Of a DNA stretch of 64,000 nucleotides, positions 48,475 through 62,067 are shown in pieces. This DNA comes from Takakia lepidozioides (lineage: Eukaryota; Plantae; Bryophyta), in NCBI GenBank assembly GCA_030704615.1, contig CM060734.1, positions 14,756,001 to 14,820,000 of the forward strand, given 5' to 3'. The notes below the pieces were generated by a model that was given only the letters and a program-made list of their open reading frames with translations, searched no databases and was not told the DNA's origin. Made by a program: the position numbers and the translations under genes. How positions within the stretch are numbered: the first letter of the stretch is position 1; the number at the start of each line of letters is the position of its first letter.

Positions 48475-49445
48475 AGTTGGGGCCTGGGAGCATTCTCCGT
48501 CATTTTTACATGTCCACCAATTTTGACCACGTCCATTAAAAGTTCCGCTGCCCTGTATGGTGAAATCCTGAAGTTTGGTGAACAGTAGCCAGTATGCGAC
48601 GTTCACGTCATCCCAAGCACTTACGTCTTCAGGTGCTAGTATGACCATATCCACCTTGCGATCAGTTACAGAATATGAGAGTCTTGATGTAGAAAGACTC
48701 TAACTAGTACAAGCACAAATCCGCAAGAATCTCATTTCGTGATCCTTTTCGGCATTTCAATGAACTCCGCCCAGGTGCTGCAAGTACCTACAGGAAATTC
48801 GACTTATACCATAATCCGAGGAAGTCAACGTCAAATTCAGGCGGGTCCAAATCTTCAGGAAATTTTGGCCGATCAGTCGAAGAGGAGAGCCAAATGCTTG
48901 GGAGCCTACACCTCGGAGATTGGATGTGCAACACTGCCGTGAAGCCTGGACATATCCTAATCATCAGCATACAACTAATGGAGGTACTGAATTAAGTGTA
49001 GAGCGCGCTTGCATACCTGGACAAGTAAGTTCGACTGGCAAGGACCAGAAAAGGTGGTGGCAGACACTAAATAGTGTGACCAGATGGCACCTTAACTATC
49101 GCATTCTCAACCTTGCATGCAGACGCCCATGCTGATAGAAATGCCTGCATCCACACTTTCAAGCTGTCACTTAAATTCACAACATTAGAGGTTCAAGAAG
49201 TCGTTTCGACTGTAATGCTTGGAAATTCTAACTGTAGCTCATAATAAAATTTCTTGCTAAAATTTGTTTGTCAGTGTGTGTTGGGTTCCAGTCGAGCATC
49301 GCTAGTCAGGAATGGAGCAGGAATGCGAAGTACAAGGTATAACATGGCATGGCTATAGCAATGAAGGCCAATTGAAAGGTGTCATCGGTTACGCCATCAC
49401 CAACTGCTCCTGCTGAGAGCACACTGTACGTTGTGGCACCCACGT
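48475..49445 (-). pseudogene. Polygalacturonase (GH28) gene remnant
   Basis: YSVLSAGAVGDGVTDDT (~49379-49430) and an AG/GT-bounded exon 48475-48654 encoding ILAPEDVSAW...WLLFTKLQDFTIQGSGTFNGRGQNWWTC...APT. Catalytic exons (NTD/DD/GHG/RIKT) not found. Confidence 0.7.
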
Positions 49446-51747
49446 CTAGGCCAGGGCCTTGAACACGAGGACCACCACCCTGGTCGCGTCCTGGTTCCAA
49501 GAGCGCACCAACTGGGTCGCTGGCCGCGTAAGAAAATACAGTTGTATCTTGATGAAAAATCTGCTCAAAAATCCTGGCCGTGGCATCCATGAGATACGCT
49601 CCTGACCCCCCTTGTCCTCGCAATGTTATTGCAGCAAGGCTACTATGAAGCAAAATGCTCATAACTAGAAGCCTCAGAGTTGAGCAGTTGACGAAGAGCG
49701 TTCCAAGCCTAGCTGTTTGGCTTGCCAGATTCATAAAATTCTTCAAACTGGATATCTCTGCATGTGTTTTGGTCGACGTCATACTCTTGTTAACATCCTG
49801 CACTAGAACCCCAGATAAGTATTGCCAGCCAAGACAGAGAAGAAGAACTTGACTCGACTCCTGGTACGTCCGATGGAGTGAATGTCGCAACTCGTATTTG
49901 AAAGAGTCGCAGGGATGGGCATCATATATAAGGATAATTTGGAAAACAAGAGCAACTGGACCAGGGCCGGGATTACAATCGAGAGAGCCTGCAAGCGCCA
50001 TATCTGCTGCAAAATTGTTTCTTTCCGACACGGTACTTACGGATCGTTACGGATGCAGACATATGCTAGCTCCTGAGAGACTTCAACTTCGAGGTCAACT
50101 GGCATGGAACCTTAATAAGAGGACAGTTCCAGTCCGCTTCTTCCTTTTCGTTCTTACAATGTGCACTAGTGTCTATTGAATCTTCTTTTTCCATTTTTCT
50201 CGGAGACTTCTCGGATCCACGAGCGAAGTGGCGAGGATTCCAGAAGAAAGAGAGATGAAATTGTCACAAATCTACGAAAAATGCAGATGAATCCATGACA
50301 ATTCCATGCCTGAATCCACTAAGTTGCGGACGCCTTTCCCTCTGCCGCCACACGCCCACCTTAGCTCTGGTCATTTTTTCAGAGGTATATTCAGTATGCC
50401 GCCGCGTCAAAGTGGGCAGCCCACGACGGCAGAATTCCAGCACAAAGAACGGTGAGCGGGCACTAGGCGAGTTATCTGTCCGTGGCGAGTCGACCACGCT
50501 TCATTTTCAAGCCGGTCTCTGTCTCGTCTCTCTAAACCGAACTCGGGACTTCACAGGATAGTCCCGAGTGAACAGGTGTTAATTTTTGTTTCAGGGACAG
50601 CAAGAATATGAGCATTACGGATATTTGGGCAAATCTCTGTGGCCGTTCTGATTTCTTAAAGGAGCTTGCCAATGTGGTCTGACAAGATATGACAGCTGCA
50701 GCAACTAAGTTTTCACATTTCATATGATTGATGCTGTATTGCTCAGATGGGCGATCGGTCGCGCCTCTACACATGCTTTCAGGGCTGGCAACGTGTGATT
50801 AATCCGTCCACAAGCACAGGTCGAGTTGTTCGACAGGCTGGCAACTAAGTGCCGATCAGCGTGGCAGGCTTCCAGAAGCACTCTTCCCTGCACGTTACTG
50901 AGGCATTTGGTGAATTGGTTAGAACGTAGGTAATCCTTATGAGGGTTTCGAAAGAGACACCGACTCCTCCGGAGCTCAAAGTCCTTCTTCGTCTTGTCAT
51001 TAATTCCAGCACGTCACTAAAACTCTGACTCCTCAATTCACTCAGTCCTGCACAGCCATTCTGAGATTCTTCTTGCCTCTCAATTGTATTGTCTGCATAC
51101 ATGTATTGAGCTTTGAAGACGGCCTTTGGGACATACCAAGATGGAGCTACGTTAGAGTCCCAATTAGAGTCCTTCATTAGAGTACATGAGTCCATCATCA
51201 CCACATACCTTTGGCATGATACCACCAGGGTCACCCCCAAAAGTGAGAGCTCATATATCATAAAGTGGCACATGCTGCTTCGAGATGATTCCATGGCATA
51301 AAATCTAGCTGGTTTAGCAGGAGCCACAAGACGTGTATATCAACTCGTCCTCCCACCAAAACAAAAACATCTGGAAGAAAATTTTCAGACGCTTGGACAG
51401 TACTCCTGGAAGCGAAACATACATACTACAGAGAACATAGTTTCTCAATTGACAGACTCCAGACACTCAAAAAGGATGGAGTAAACAAACAGCTTCACGC
51501 AGATATGGCAAGAAACCAAAACAAAGTTCAATGGAGCTTCAAAGGTAGCGCTGTCGTGTAGATCTTGAAGGAAGGTACTAAATGACAGATCTTGTAGTGC
51601 AACCTTATGTACTGTTCCATACGTTCTGTATTGTATAGTTTTGTTTTATGATTAGTGGACAGTTACAGTTTGACTGTGTGCAGAACTTGGGTTGACCTAG
51701 TCCACAGCTGTTGTATATCAGAGAAAAGCAAGGCAGTAAGGAGGAGC

Positions 51748-52123
51748 TGTGAAGCCTCAAAACGAGCCTGAAGCATATACTCCCTTCCTCTCAAGAAACA
51801 AGTTTTCACAACAAAGGGGCAAGCGGAAAGAGCAGGCAATGCGCAAGAGGAGGATAAGCACGAGGATCTGACACACATGAGCTCTCATCCAAAGCTTGTA
51901 CACCAAAATCACATATACACTAACACCCGAATACACCGCCCTGACCTTGTGTCAGGCCGCCGTCTTTATACAAAAGCCCTAGCTTTAGTTGTTTGCCACG
52001 TGGCGAGGCGTCACAAGCTAACGGTTTAACAGCTTTATATGCCAAAAAATTATACTATGGATGTGTATCGCCGTTTTGGATGAAACGGGCCATTTTCAGG
52101 CTAAGCAAATATGGGGCTTTACA
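51748..52123 (-). repeat. 3' terminal repeat of element Y (TGTAAAGCC...GGCTTCACA)
   Basis: Reverse complement of 62068-62526 apart from a ~90 bp deletion; on the minus strand it is preceded by GTGGGGGGT-AGGCTTCACA-GA. Confidence 0.85.
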
Positions 52124-54640
52124 TCTGTGAAGCCTACCCCCCACAAAAAGCCCTGAGCTCTGCGAAGGAAAACAAATAATGGGGAAAAATCACCCTCCAC
52201 TACTAGGTGAAAAACCTACCAAGGAAAAACCTGGCACCTGCAAGTTGGGCCGAGGACAAAACCCTTGGCTAGGAAAACCCTGCAGGGAGTACAGATGGTG
52301 ATATACCATGAAACTTTAAAATGTTTCTAAGTCCTAGAGAGATCAAGTCCTAGGACCCCAAGAGTTACCATCCGCAAACTAATACTAAGCCGCTGAAGAC
52401 AAGAGGATCAAGTTGAAGTAGATCGGCAAAGAAGACATTACCCCACCGTGCGCCCCTCCAAATTAATATATGTAAGATCAAAAACTAGCTCGGAATGCAC
52501 CAAGTCCGTCAAGGAGACAGGTTTGTCCCGCATTCAGTATTGGAGCCTTGTGGAAGAAGGAGAGCACGTCGCCCACGTAAAATCTGATAGATCAAGTATG
52601 GATCGTCGATCTTGAGCTTAGATTTGCATGCATGCTTGCCATGCTTTAATCGAACGCACACGGTCTGTCCCACCTGAAACAGGTTAGAATACTTGACACG
52701 CTTGTTAAAATTACGGGCCTGGGTTAGCAGCCTTACCAATGTTCGTTTTGGCATCATGGATAGACATCGCATGCCGAGCATGAAGATCCTCGACAAAGGT
52801 AGCAAGATCAACGGGATCAGCAACAGTAGAGATAAGAGGGGTAGAATGCAAAAGAAAAACACATTTGCGACCATACAACAACTCAAAAGGAGTCTTCTTG
52901 GTGCTAGCATGCATGGCGGTGCGATAAGCAAAGAGAATAGGGGGAAGAAAGGTATCCCACTCCCTGGTAAGTGCGCCATTCTTCTCCAACATTCGGCAAA
53001 GAGTTTGGTTGAAGCGTTCCGTAAGGCCATTAGTTTGGGGATGGTATGGGGCTGTGGTGGAATGCAATTAACACCGAAATTGAAGCAAATCACTGTGAGG
53101 AGCTGGTTACAAAACTCCTTGCCCTGATCTGTTAGTATCTCCCGAGGACACCCATACCGCATAAGGATCTCATTGAAGAAGAACTGAGCTACAACATCAC
53201 TAGCCTTGGAACGCAAAGGCCGGACTTCTACCCACTTAGTCAAGTAGTCGATAGCAACACAAAGGTAGCTTCGGCCCTTTGATGTGAGTGCGAGGGGTCC
53301 TACTAAGTCAATGCCAACACGAGCAAAAGCATGGATGACAGGCAAAGGCTGTAGCTCATACAAGATCCGGGCCCTAGGGAGAGCAATGTTAGCACGACAA
53401 CCTTCACACTTAGGAAAGGCCAGCTAGCGAACGCCCTGATTGGCATCGCTGGAATAGCACAGCATGTAGCTGATCATCCATGACTGCACTCTAAGCCGCC
53501 GGGATGAGCAGCCGCGGCCTTGGGCTTGGCATCCATGAAGCTTCGGGAATCCAGACAGAGCAAGAAAGAAGCTTGAGCAGGTCGTGAGAACTGGAACCAT
53601 AAACTGCCAACGCCAGCCACTCCCACACTCTCTCGTCCTTAATCCAAAAGCCCACCCGTGTCGTGCCATTCTCCTCCCACGTCCGGGACAGTACTGAGGA
53701 ATTGGGAAAACTATCCAGGTGATCTGCAACGCGAGGGCAAAGTACACGTTGCTCTTCAAAGCAGGTGCCTGGCAAAATCACGATGTCGGACGACTGTACA
53801 TGCAAACTATTTCCCACGAGACCATCCACCAAGTCCACCGTCGTGGGTTTGTAACGACACACCCGGGAGTGAAATCGAAGAGCTCGTAACAACAAGGCTC
53901 TAGAGCCTTCGAGCAACAATGAAATCCAAGAGCATGCCGTCTGTTCAGTTGTCTGCCACAGGCCCAACTAACGGCGGACGGATAATGGTAAGTGGAGCCT
54001 GAGCGCTTCCCAGGCCACCTGCCGATGATGAAGAAAACAAGCCTTGAATACTTCTGGCCGCAAGCGCAGGGAGTTCCTGACAGCCACGACGGCTCGGGTC
54101 TGGCATAACGCACTCTCTCTCCCAAAATCAGAACAAAACCCAGGTCGCACAAAAATCGCTTCGTGATGACTGTTCAGACGACGAGCATCCTCTCGAACAG
54201 ATGCTTCAAACTTTTCAAACCACTGCACATCCTCCGGAAGCAAATCTCCTAGAGACTCATCATACTCCTGAGAGCGCTCAACATCCCTCTCAAAACTCTC
54301 TCTCTCGTTCTCTCGGACACTCGTAATCAGGACTTGGATCATAGAAATTATCAAAATTATAGTACTCTGGATCGCAACTATCTAGAGAGCTGGGAGACCT
54401 CTCATCTCTCGGTGACCAGGCCTCGGTCTCATTCACATTAACATCATATCTAGGGCTAGATGAATTCAAATGCACAACAAGACCAGGACCATCAGTGTTG
54501 GGTTCAGGAAGGGGTGACACTGGTGAGGCAACAATGTCAGGCAGCGCACGTCAAGAGGGGTTAGTGGCAGCAAGATCAATTGCTACTGTCAAGGCAGGGT
54601 CAGTCTCAAACCAAATCAACTTGCACCGACAGGCTTTCTC
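52124..54640 (-). mobile_element. Internal 3' part of element Y: unknown ORF plus gypsy/Ginger-type DDE integrase; no RT seen
   Basis: RVGIDLVGPL, AIDYLTKWVE, ILTDQGKEF, YHPQTNGLTERFNQTL, TPFELLYGR, DPY (52509-53420, frameshifted). Upstream ORFs 53491-54520 have no recognised motif. Confidence 0.85.
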
Positions 54641-57600
54641 TGTCGCACACCTCACTTCGGTAAGCTCCCCTTTAAGTCATAGTTACTCACTTTGATGCGC
54701 GCGCCTGACTCCCAACCTGGCCGCCGGGCCAACTTGGAGCTTCGGCTGCTCACCGGGGCATAGCGGTCCCCCTTCGATCTCCCGAAAGACCCTCCACCAA
54801 TTTGGGCCTAGCGGGAATTCCCTTTGGTAGATGGCAGTCCGGAACAGCTCCCCACTCTTTGGTCGCTTTCGGCTCGCTCGCTTACTCACTAGTTTTTGGT
54901 CACCAACGGGCTTGCACCGTTCTCGGGGTTACTACTCCCTATATATACTTCTGTAGCTGTCCGCGGGTTTCACACAAACCACCACGAAGACCCTCGACTC
55001 CCGGTGGTGAGTCGTGGTGAGTCTTGGCCCACTCACCACGGCCCCATTGGGCGTGATGAGTCCCAAGACCCCACGACTCCCACCACGAGGTCTCCACCCA
55101 TGGTGAGTCCTATGCCACCCCCACTAAGTCCCGCTAAGCTACCACCACCCCTTGTGGAGCCACCCCCACCGCAACCCGGTGTGCGGGGCTCCACCTAGTA
55201 AGCGCCTCCGCCTCCTTGAGTGCCTTGGGCACTCAAGGGTGCTTCAGCCCCCGTACCTATCGTTGCTACTGCCCCCATCACAGGGGCAGCCCCTTCTGTG
55301 TCCCGACCCCTTACCCTCAAGGCAAAGGGCTGCGACACACATCCCTACCAACAGGGAGTCAATGTCCTCATCGACTTGTCCATTTTGTAGAAACGAACAT
55401 CCAAGTTGTGGCGTCCCACATCAAGGAGTTTGTTTCCGCACCATGGCGTCCCCATGGCAAAGAACCAAACCCCACACTTGACTCTACTCTCCACTAGCTA
55501 GTTCGGCCGACTTCCTCCAAGTCCCGGCCAAGGGTGGAGCCTCTCAAGCTCCTCCCAGTGCACTCTTCTTGGCCTACTTCAAGGCCAAGGAACGATCCTC
55601 CCCGAGGATCGAATCGCCTTACTGCAACAACATTGCTTGCGACCGCTCATGATGCCGCTTTGGGCATCACCTTGAGCAAGGGTTCACCTCGAACCCTCTT
55701 TGACTAGGAAGATAACCTTGAACCAACCGTGCGCCCCAATCACTACAATTGGGTCCGCCTTGGAATGCTGGCCTGAGGTACAGGAACACGCCGAAGCCGC
55801 ACTACGACTTCGTCCCGAGGCTACACGATTATAGTACGTGAACGGAAGCACGTAGCTTCCGCGTTAGCCCGCACTACAAGGCAACCCCCTCGGTAGCGTA
55901 GTTATAGTACACGCACGCGCCAGGTGCGCACTAGCACGTGAACTCCCAAGGAAGGCGCATGTTTCCTTGCCCCTTGGATGGGAGTCACCCGATTTCGGCA
56001 CTGCGCAACACACGATTAACCCAATTTACCTCTCCCACTTTTGTAAGCTAGCATGCATTCTACACACTAGCCAACCATACCATGCATCACCATTCCAAAC
56101 AAAATAGAAAGCACAACATTTGGAAACCATTTCATTTAAAGCAAATTTTGTACAATACAAGTTTTTGCAATCGGATTCCTTAGCTAGCTAAGCTGGGCTA
56201 AGCATGCATTTCCTCCCCCACGCTCCAAGGTTGATGTCCCCATCAACTCTTCTTCCGCTTTTGAGGTCGCCCTTCGAACGCTGCAACCGCCTCGGATGCG
56301 TTTCCCATTTCTGAGGCACGCACCCAAGATGCCTCCACATGATGATAGCCCTTCCATTTGACGAGATACTCCGTTTCTCGTTCTTGAACCTCCTCGACTT
56401 AAGCACTGTCTCCACCTCGTACTCAGGTTCATTTTCATGATCCAACAGCACAGGTGGCGGACGCAACACTTGCTGTCGATTCGGACGCGCTTCATCTTTG
56501 AAGTAAGGCTTCAAAAGGGAGACGTGGAATACTGGATGCACCTTGCTGTTTGCCGGCAACTCCAATTCATACACATCCTCATTCATAACCTTCCGGATGC
56601 GAAAGGGTCCCGCATACGGAGGTACGAACTTCGGACTCACTTCCGGAGGTAGTCGGAAATTCTTGATGTTCAACCAGACCTCCGTGCCTGCCTCAAACTT
56701 CACTTCCCTCCGCTTCCGATTTGCTTGCCTTTCATACCGTTTCCTAGCTTTGGCAATGTTGTACTTTGCGAGCTTCAACAAACGCTCGCGTTCTTCCAGT
56801 ACCGCCGCTACTGCCGGTTCCTCAACATCCTGGGCGGCCCAACTTGTCGGCACCAGAGGTGCTTTTCTATAGACCAATACGAAAAGGGAAACTCCCGTTG
56901 CGGAGTGTTCTGTGTTGTTATAACAGAACTCTACCGCGTCTAAGTGTTCCACCCAGTCTGATTGGTCTACCGACACGTAATTCCGCAAGATCTGTTTCAC
57001 TACGGAAATCACTCTTTCCGTTTGGCCGTCGGTCGTAGGTCGGAAGGCGGTGCTCATCTTCAGCCTCGTCCCCATCTTCTTCCAAAGTGTCTTCCAAAAT
57101 TTACTCGTAAACTTTGGATCGCGGTCCGAGACAATATCCTTCGGGACTCCATGATGCTTTAAGACGTGGGCGAAGTAAAGTCGCTTTGTTTCCTGCGCCG
57201 TTGCCGTCTCCTTGGTGGGGATGAAATGGCCCATTTTACTGAACCTATCCACCACCACCATGATTGCATCGAATCCTTTTGACAGCGGCATAGCAGTCAT
57301 GAAATCCATCGAGACGATTCCCAAGTCCCCTCTGGAATCGGCAAGGGTTGTAACAGCCCCGCTTGCTTTTTGTACTCGCTCCGGTTTTGTTGGCATGTGG
57401 TGCATGTCTTGACATACTCCTCTGCCTCCTCCTCAGTTTGGGCCAGAAATACTCTTTCTTCAAGAGTGCCGCAGTGCGCTTGGCTCCGCCGTGGCCCGCA
57501 AGCGGGCTATCATGGCATTCTCTCAAGAGACTATCTCTGATCCCTCCCTTCGGCACGTAGAGACGCTTTTGCTTATACCGGAGCAGTCCATTTTGCAAAT

Positions 57601-58808
57601 GGAACTGTGATTTAACCCCCATCCTCAAGTCCTGCATCACGGACTTCGCCAGCTCATCCTTCCGGCAAGCCTTCCGGATCTTCCTTTGGAGCGCCGTCTC
57701 GCCCCTGTACACCAACATGAGCTGTTGCTTTCTACTTAAAGCATCGGCCACCACATTGTCCCGTCCCGGTTTGTACCGGATATCCACGTCGAACTCCGCC
57801 AAAGTATCTTGCCACCTAAGTTGTTTTGGGGACAACTTGGGCTGCGTGGCAAAATACTTCACCGTAACATTGTCCGTGAACACCTTCACTGGGTTGGAAC
57901 CAACATAGTGGCGCCAAAGCTCAAGACAATGCACCACCGCCTTCATCTCTTTTTTGTGCGTCGGCCACCGTCGCTCCACTTCATTCAGTTTCTTACTTTC
58001 ATAAGCCACTGGACGTCCATCTTGCATAAGTACACCCCAATCGCGAAGTCCGACGCATCTGTATGAATCTCGAACGGACGATCGAACTCCGGGATTTTCA
58101 AGACTGGAGCTTCCACCATCCGCTGCTTCAATTCAGCAAAAGCTTGGCCACAAAGGGTGTTCCATACCCAGACTTTGGATTTACATAGAAGGTCCGACAG
58201 CGGCCCCGCGATCTTGGCGAAATTTCTCACATACTCCCGGTAATAGGAGGCGAGTCCAAGGAAGGATCGCACTCCCGGGACCGAAGTTGGAGGCTCCCAG
58301 TCCAAGATCGCCCTCATCTTTCTGTCATCCATTTTGATCCCATCCTGTGTAATCACATGCCCCAGGAACTCCACTTTCGTGACCCCGAATTCGCACTTTG
58401 AAGCTTTGGCGTACAGCTTCCCTTCCCGCAATTTTTGGAACACCCTTTTGAGGTGCTCCAGGTGCTCCTCCTTTGTTTTTGAGTACACCAAGATGTCGTC
58501 GATGTACACGATCACAAAATTATCCAACCACTCCTGAAAAAGGCTGTTCATCAGCGTGCTAAAGGTCGCGGGTGCATTGGTGAGCCCAAAAGGCATCACC
58601 AAGAACTCATATGAACCATACCTTGTCCTGCACACAGTCTTCTCCTCATCTCCTTCCGCCACCCGAATTTGATGATAGCCGGAGCACAAGTCGATCCGGC
58701 TGAAATACTTCGCTCCTGCCAACCGGTCGAAAAGGTCGTCGATCTTTGGCAAAGGGTACCGGTTTTTGATAGTCACCTTATTCAAAGCCCTGTAATCGAC
58801 ACACATGG
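54641..58808 (-). mobile_element. 3' half of a chromoviral Ty3/gypsy element (RT, RNase H, IN, chromodomain, 3'LTR 54641-55337)
   Basis: [64 protein letters not shown], chromodomain EYEVETVL...YLVKWKGY. LTR with TGTCG...CGACA ends, matching 62789-63514. Confidence 0.93.
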
Positions 58809-59270
58809 GAAATGGCCACAAAGGAGATCATATGCCATCGCAGGCTTCTCCAAAGCATTATATGCCCCCAGCCTCACCCCACCCCTCTCTACAGTGACAA
58901 CCAATCAGCCATACGGTTGGTACACAATCCGGAATTTCACCGGAGGACGAAGCACATAGATGTGGGAGAGCATCAGGAAGAGGGCCATATCGACATTCGT
59001 TATGTGCCTACAGTCAATCAAGTTGCTGATGTGCTTACCAAGCCACTAGCAACTAACAGATTTCAGCAAATGTGCAGTCTACTTGGACTACAGCCAGCAG
59101 CTTGAGATTTTTTGAAAGCTACACGAGTGTGTTACCGTTGAGTGGGAGTGTTGAATGGCATGTTTTCTGCAATGCCAACACACTAGATCTGCTCTCTAGA
59201 TCAGTTCTCTAGATCAATGCCGGCTTTGTAGGAAGTCACTGCTGCACCACCGCACCTTCTAGCGGTGACT
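58809..59270 (+). mobile_element. Ty1/copia 3' remnant (RNase H, PPT, start of LTR)
   Basis: [10 protein letters not shown]...LYSDNQSAI...NPEFHRRTKHIDV...QVADVLTKPL...LLGL, then TTGAGTGGGAG followed by TGTTGAA (~59149). Confidence 0.9.
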
Positions 59271-59271
59271 T

Positions 59272-60658
59272 AACTCAGGGCAAGAAGCCTACCTTTGAAC
59301 AGTAAACAGAAGCAGAGAGGAAAGGGAGAGTGCAATTGCCCGTTGTGTGGGCAACCCGAAGACAATATTCATTTTCTGATTCACTGTCCGGGGTACTCTC
59401 GCTAGAGAGAAGCTCTCCTCCAATCTATCAAGAGAATTGTGCCTGTACCTCTGTTTACCAACTTTGAAAGTCTCGAGGCTGAGCCAAAAGCCCAGGCCCT
59501 TCTGAGGCCTAGTTTTTGGGCAAATCACACACAGCAGATTGATGCTTGTGTGAAGGGATTTCTAGAGGATATCTGGAAAACCCGTATTAATTCTATTTAT
59601 AAAGGTAAGTCTTACTACCAATGTCAGCCCCTGATAGAGGTAGGTTCTATCCCTTTGGTTTCCGCTCAAACTGGGCGCGGGGTCAATGGCCACAAGGCTA
59701 CGGCAAACAACGTCTTATGAGTACATTCTCTAGAATCCATTCAAGTGGGGTGCTTAAGGAGTGTATGTCAGCATGCTCCAAAACAACCAATGTGGCTGTT
59801 CGGGGTGAGTTTGGCATTCCGTCCTTAAGCTCCCGACGAGATGAATTCAAGATCAGATGGTGGGGTCAGCTGCAACATATGTCCAACACCAGATATCCTA
59901 AGTTAATCAACTCTATATCTTGGAAATAGGACCGCCCTGTCAAGCAGGCTAAGTTTTGGCAGAAGAGAGTAGAAGAGATTCTCAAGGACCTGGACCTGGA
60001 ACCGCAAGTCTTGACCCTGCTGGATAAATCTAACTTAGAGGCTGTAGTATCCAAAGCCATGTCTGTTGCCATGAGATTGTCTGATGAAAATGAAGTTAGG
60101 TAGAAAACTTCCCTGAACTTGTTTCCAGTCAGTGACATGGGGGAGGACATCTTGGATGACCTCAAGGGTCTACCCACTCTCGGCACCGGACTGAAATTTA
60201 AACTCAGGGCAGGAAGCCTACTTTTGAACAACAAACAGAAGCAGAGAGGAAAGGGAGAGTGCAATTGCCCGTTGTGTGGGCAACCTGAAGACAATATTCA
60301 TTTTCTGATACACTGTCCGGGGTTCTCTCACCAAAGAGACGCTCTCTTCAAATCTATCAAGGGAATTGTGCCTGTACCTCTGTTTACTAACTTTGAAAGT
60401 CTCAAGGCTGAGCCAAAAGCCCAGGCCCTCCTGAGGCCTAGTTTTTGGGCAAATCACACACAACAGATTGATGCTTGAGTGAAGGGATTTCTAGAGGATA
60501 TATGGAAAACCCGGATTAATTCTATATATGAAAGTAAGTCTTACTACCAACGTCAGCCCCTGACAGAGGTAGGTTATGTCCCTATTGTTTCCACTCAAAC
60601 TGGGCGCGGGGTCAATGGCCACAAGGCTACGGCAAACATCGTCTTATGAGTACAATCT
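59272..60658 (+). mobile_element. Two head-to-tail 5'-truncated LINE family X copies (59272-59730 and ~59727-60658)
   Basis: Same zinc-finger tail and 3' end CGCGGGGTCAATGGCCACAAGGCTACGGC...TTATGAGTACAWTCT as copies 1 and 2. Confidence 0.9.
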
Positions 60659-60876
60659 CTCTCTCTCTGAGGATCAGAAATGCTTAGCAGCTTACCTGCA
60701 CGAGGCCTTCACCCTTAGACAATCCCTCAAGCAATAGTTTTATTTTTTTCTCTGGTATTGTTTCCTCTCTCATGTTTTTTTTTTGCCCCATTTTGTTCGA
60801 GAAACTCTATGAGCTTTCCGCAGACGTTATAAAGTACCATTTCATTTCATTTCATTTCTCTCTCTCTATCTCCCGT

Positions 60877-61133
60877 TCTCGAGGCTGAGCCAAAGCCCAA
60901 GCCCTTTTGGGCCAAGTTAAAGGGCAAATCACACACATCAGATGGATGCTTGTGTAAAGGGATTTCTAGAGGATATCTGGAAAACTCGGATCAATGGTCT
61001 GTTCCAAGGAAAAGTCATACTACTGGCGTCAGCCCCTGACAAAGATAGTTTCTGTCCCTTTGTGTTCCGCTCAAACTGGGCGCGGGGTCAATGGCCACAA
61101 GGCTACGGCAAACAACGTCTTATGAATATATTC
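60877..61133 (+). mobile_element. Short, more diverged LINE family X copy 5
   Basis: [17 protein letters not shown] and the same 3' terminus. Confidence 0.8.
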
Positions 61134-61959
61134 TCTCCTCCCAATCCATGACAGATTTTCATGATGAGGGCCAGAGATGCCTGGTAGCACACCTGCATGT
61201 CTCTCAAATTTAAATGACTTCTCCATATTAAAGACTAGATTTTGGGCTTCTTTTTAGGCCCCACTTTTTTCCTTGTTTCTTGCTTTCTTTCTCCCACTTT
61301 TTGAGTTTCCGAGATGTTATAAAATTTATTACATTTCTTTCACAATCAGTATAGAATCTGGCTGACTTGGAATCTGTTCTGGCAGCTAGGCATTTCCTAA
61401 CAAGTGGAGGAGAAGCCAAGGCTTGGAAGGGCATCAGCGACCCCGCTAATGCAGGAAAGGATCATGGGCTTGTGTTCTATTATGATGGTCAGGGCTTTGC
61501 AGCTGTTTCCATCACACCCACCTGGTTCCACCTTCTAGGACATGTATGGAGCGGCCTGCATATGGTGGATTTATCTAAGAATTAGAGCTTCCAGCTAAAT
61601 GAAATCATGCTCCCATCCTCTCCAAATGTCATTCACCTAATTATTTCAATCATGAATCATTCATGCCCTGCCATTGTATAGTAGTGTAAGATAGAAGTGC
61701 ATCTGTGTAGACAGACTGTCCATCGACAGCAAAGCAGAATACAGACAGAAGTGGTAGCCTGAGACTCATTGAGTTGTTGAGTTGGCCTCAGAAAGCTACC
61801 TTGAAGCTTTAGACATTAATCGATGGAATGTGACTTCACAACTCCATTCTTTACATGTAAGTGTGAAGAAACTGCTACATAAGTGTACTTGAAAATGGAA
61901 GATTCTGTTCCAACTGCGGGAAGGCAGTGTTCTATTGGGTGCTTTGTGGTTGTCTGCAG

Positions 61960-62067
61960 GCTGTGCTTGCCAGTCAGGTTAAGTCAGGTGAAGGGTTGAG
62001 TCTGCAGCAATATCTTGCCACTTCCCTTGTGAATGAAGAGGGAGAAGATCATGTGGTTACAGAGGTC
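61960..62067 (+). pseudogene. Exon of an unidentified host gene interrupted by element Y; continues on the minus strand from 51747
   Basis: TCTGCAG acceptor then AVLASQVKSGEGLSLQQYLATSLVNEEGEDHVVTEV. Joined through the GGTC/GCTC duplication it continues in frame as LLTALLFSDIQQLWTRSTQVLHTVK. Confidence 0.45.

Noticed and set aside
50200-51660. Named protein-coding gene
   Set aside because: Possible exons of the interrupted host gene, but no recognisable motif and no consistent splice model.
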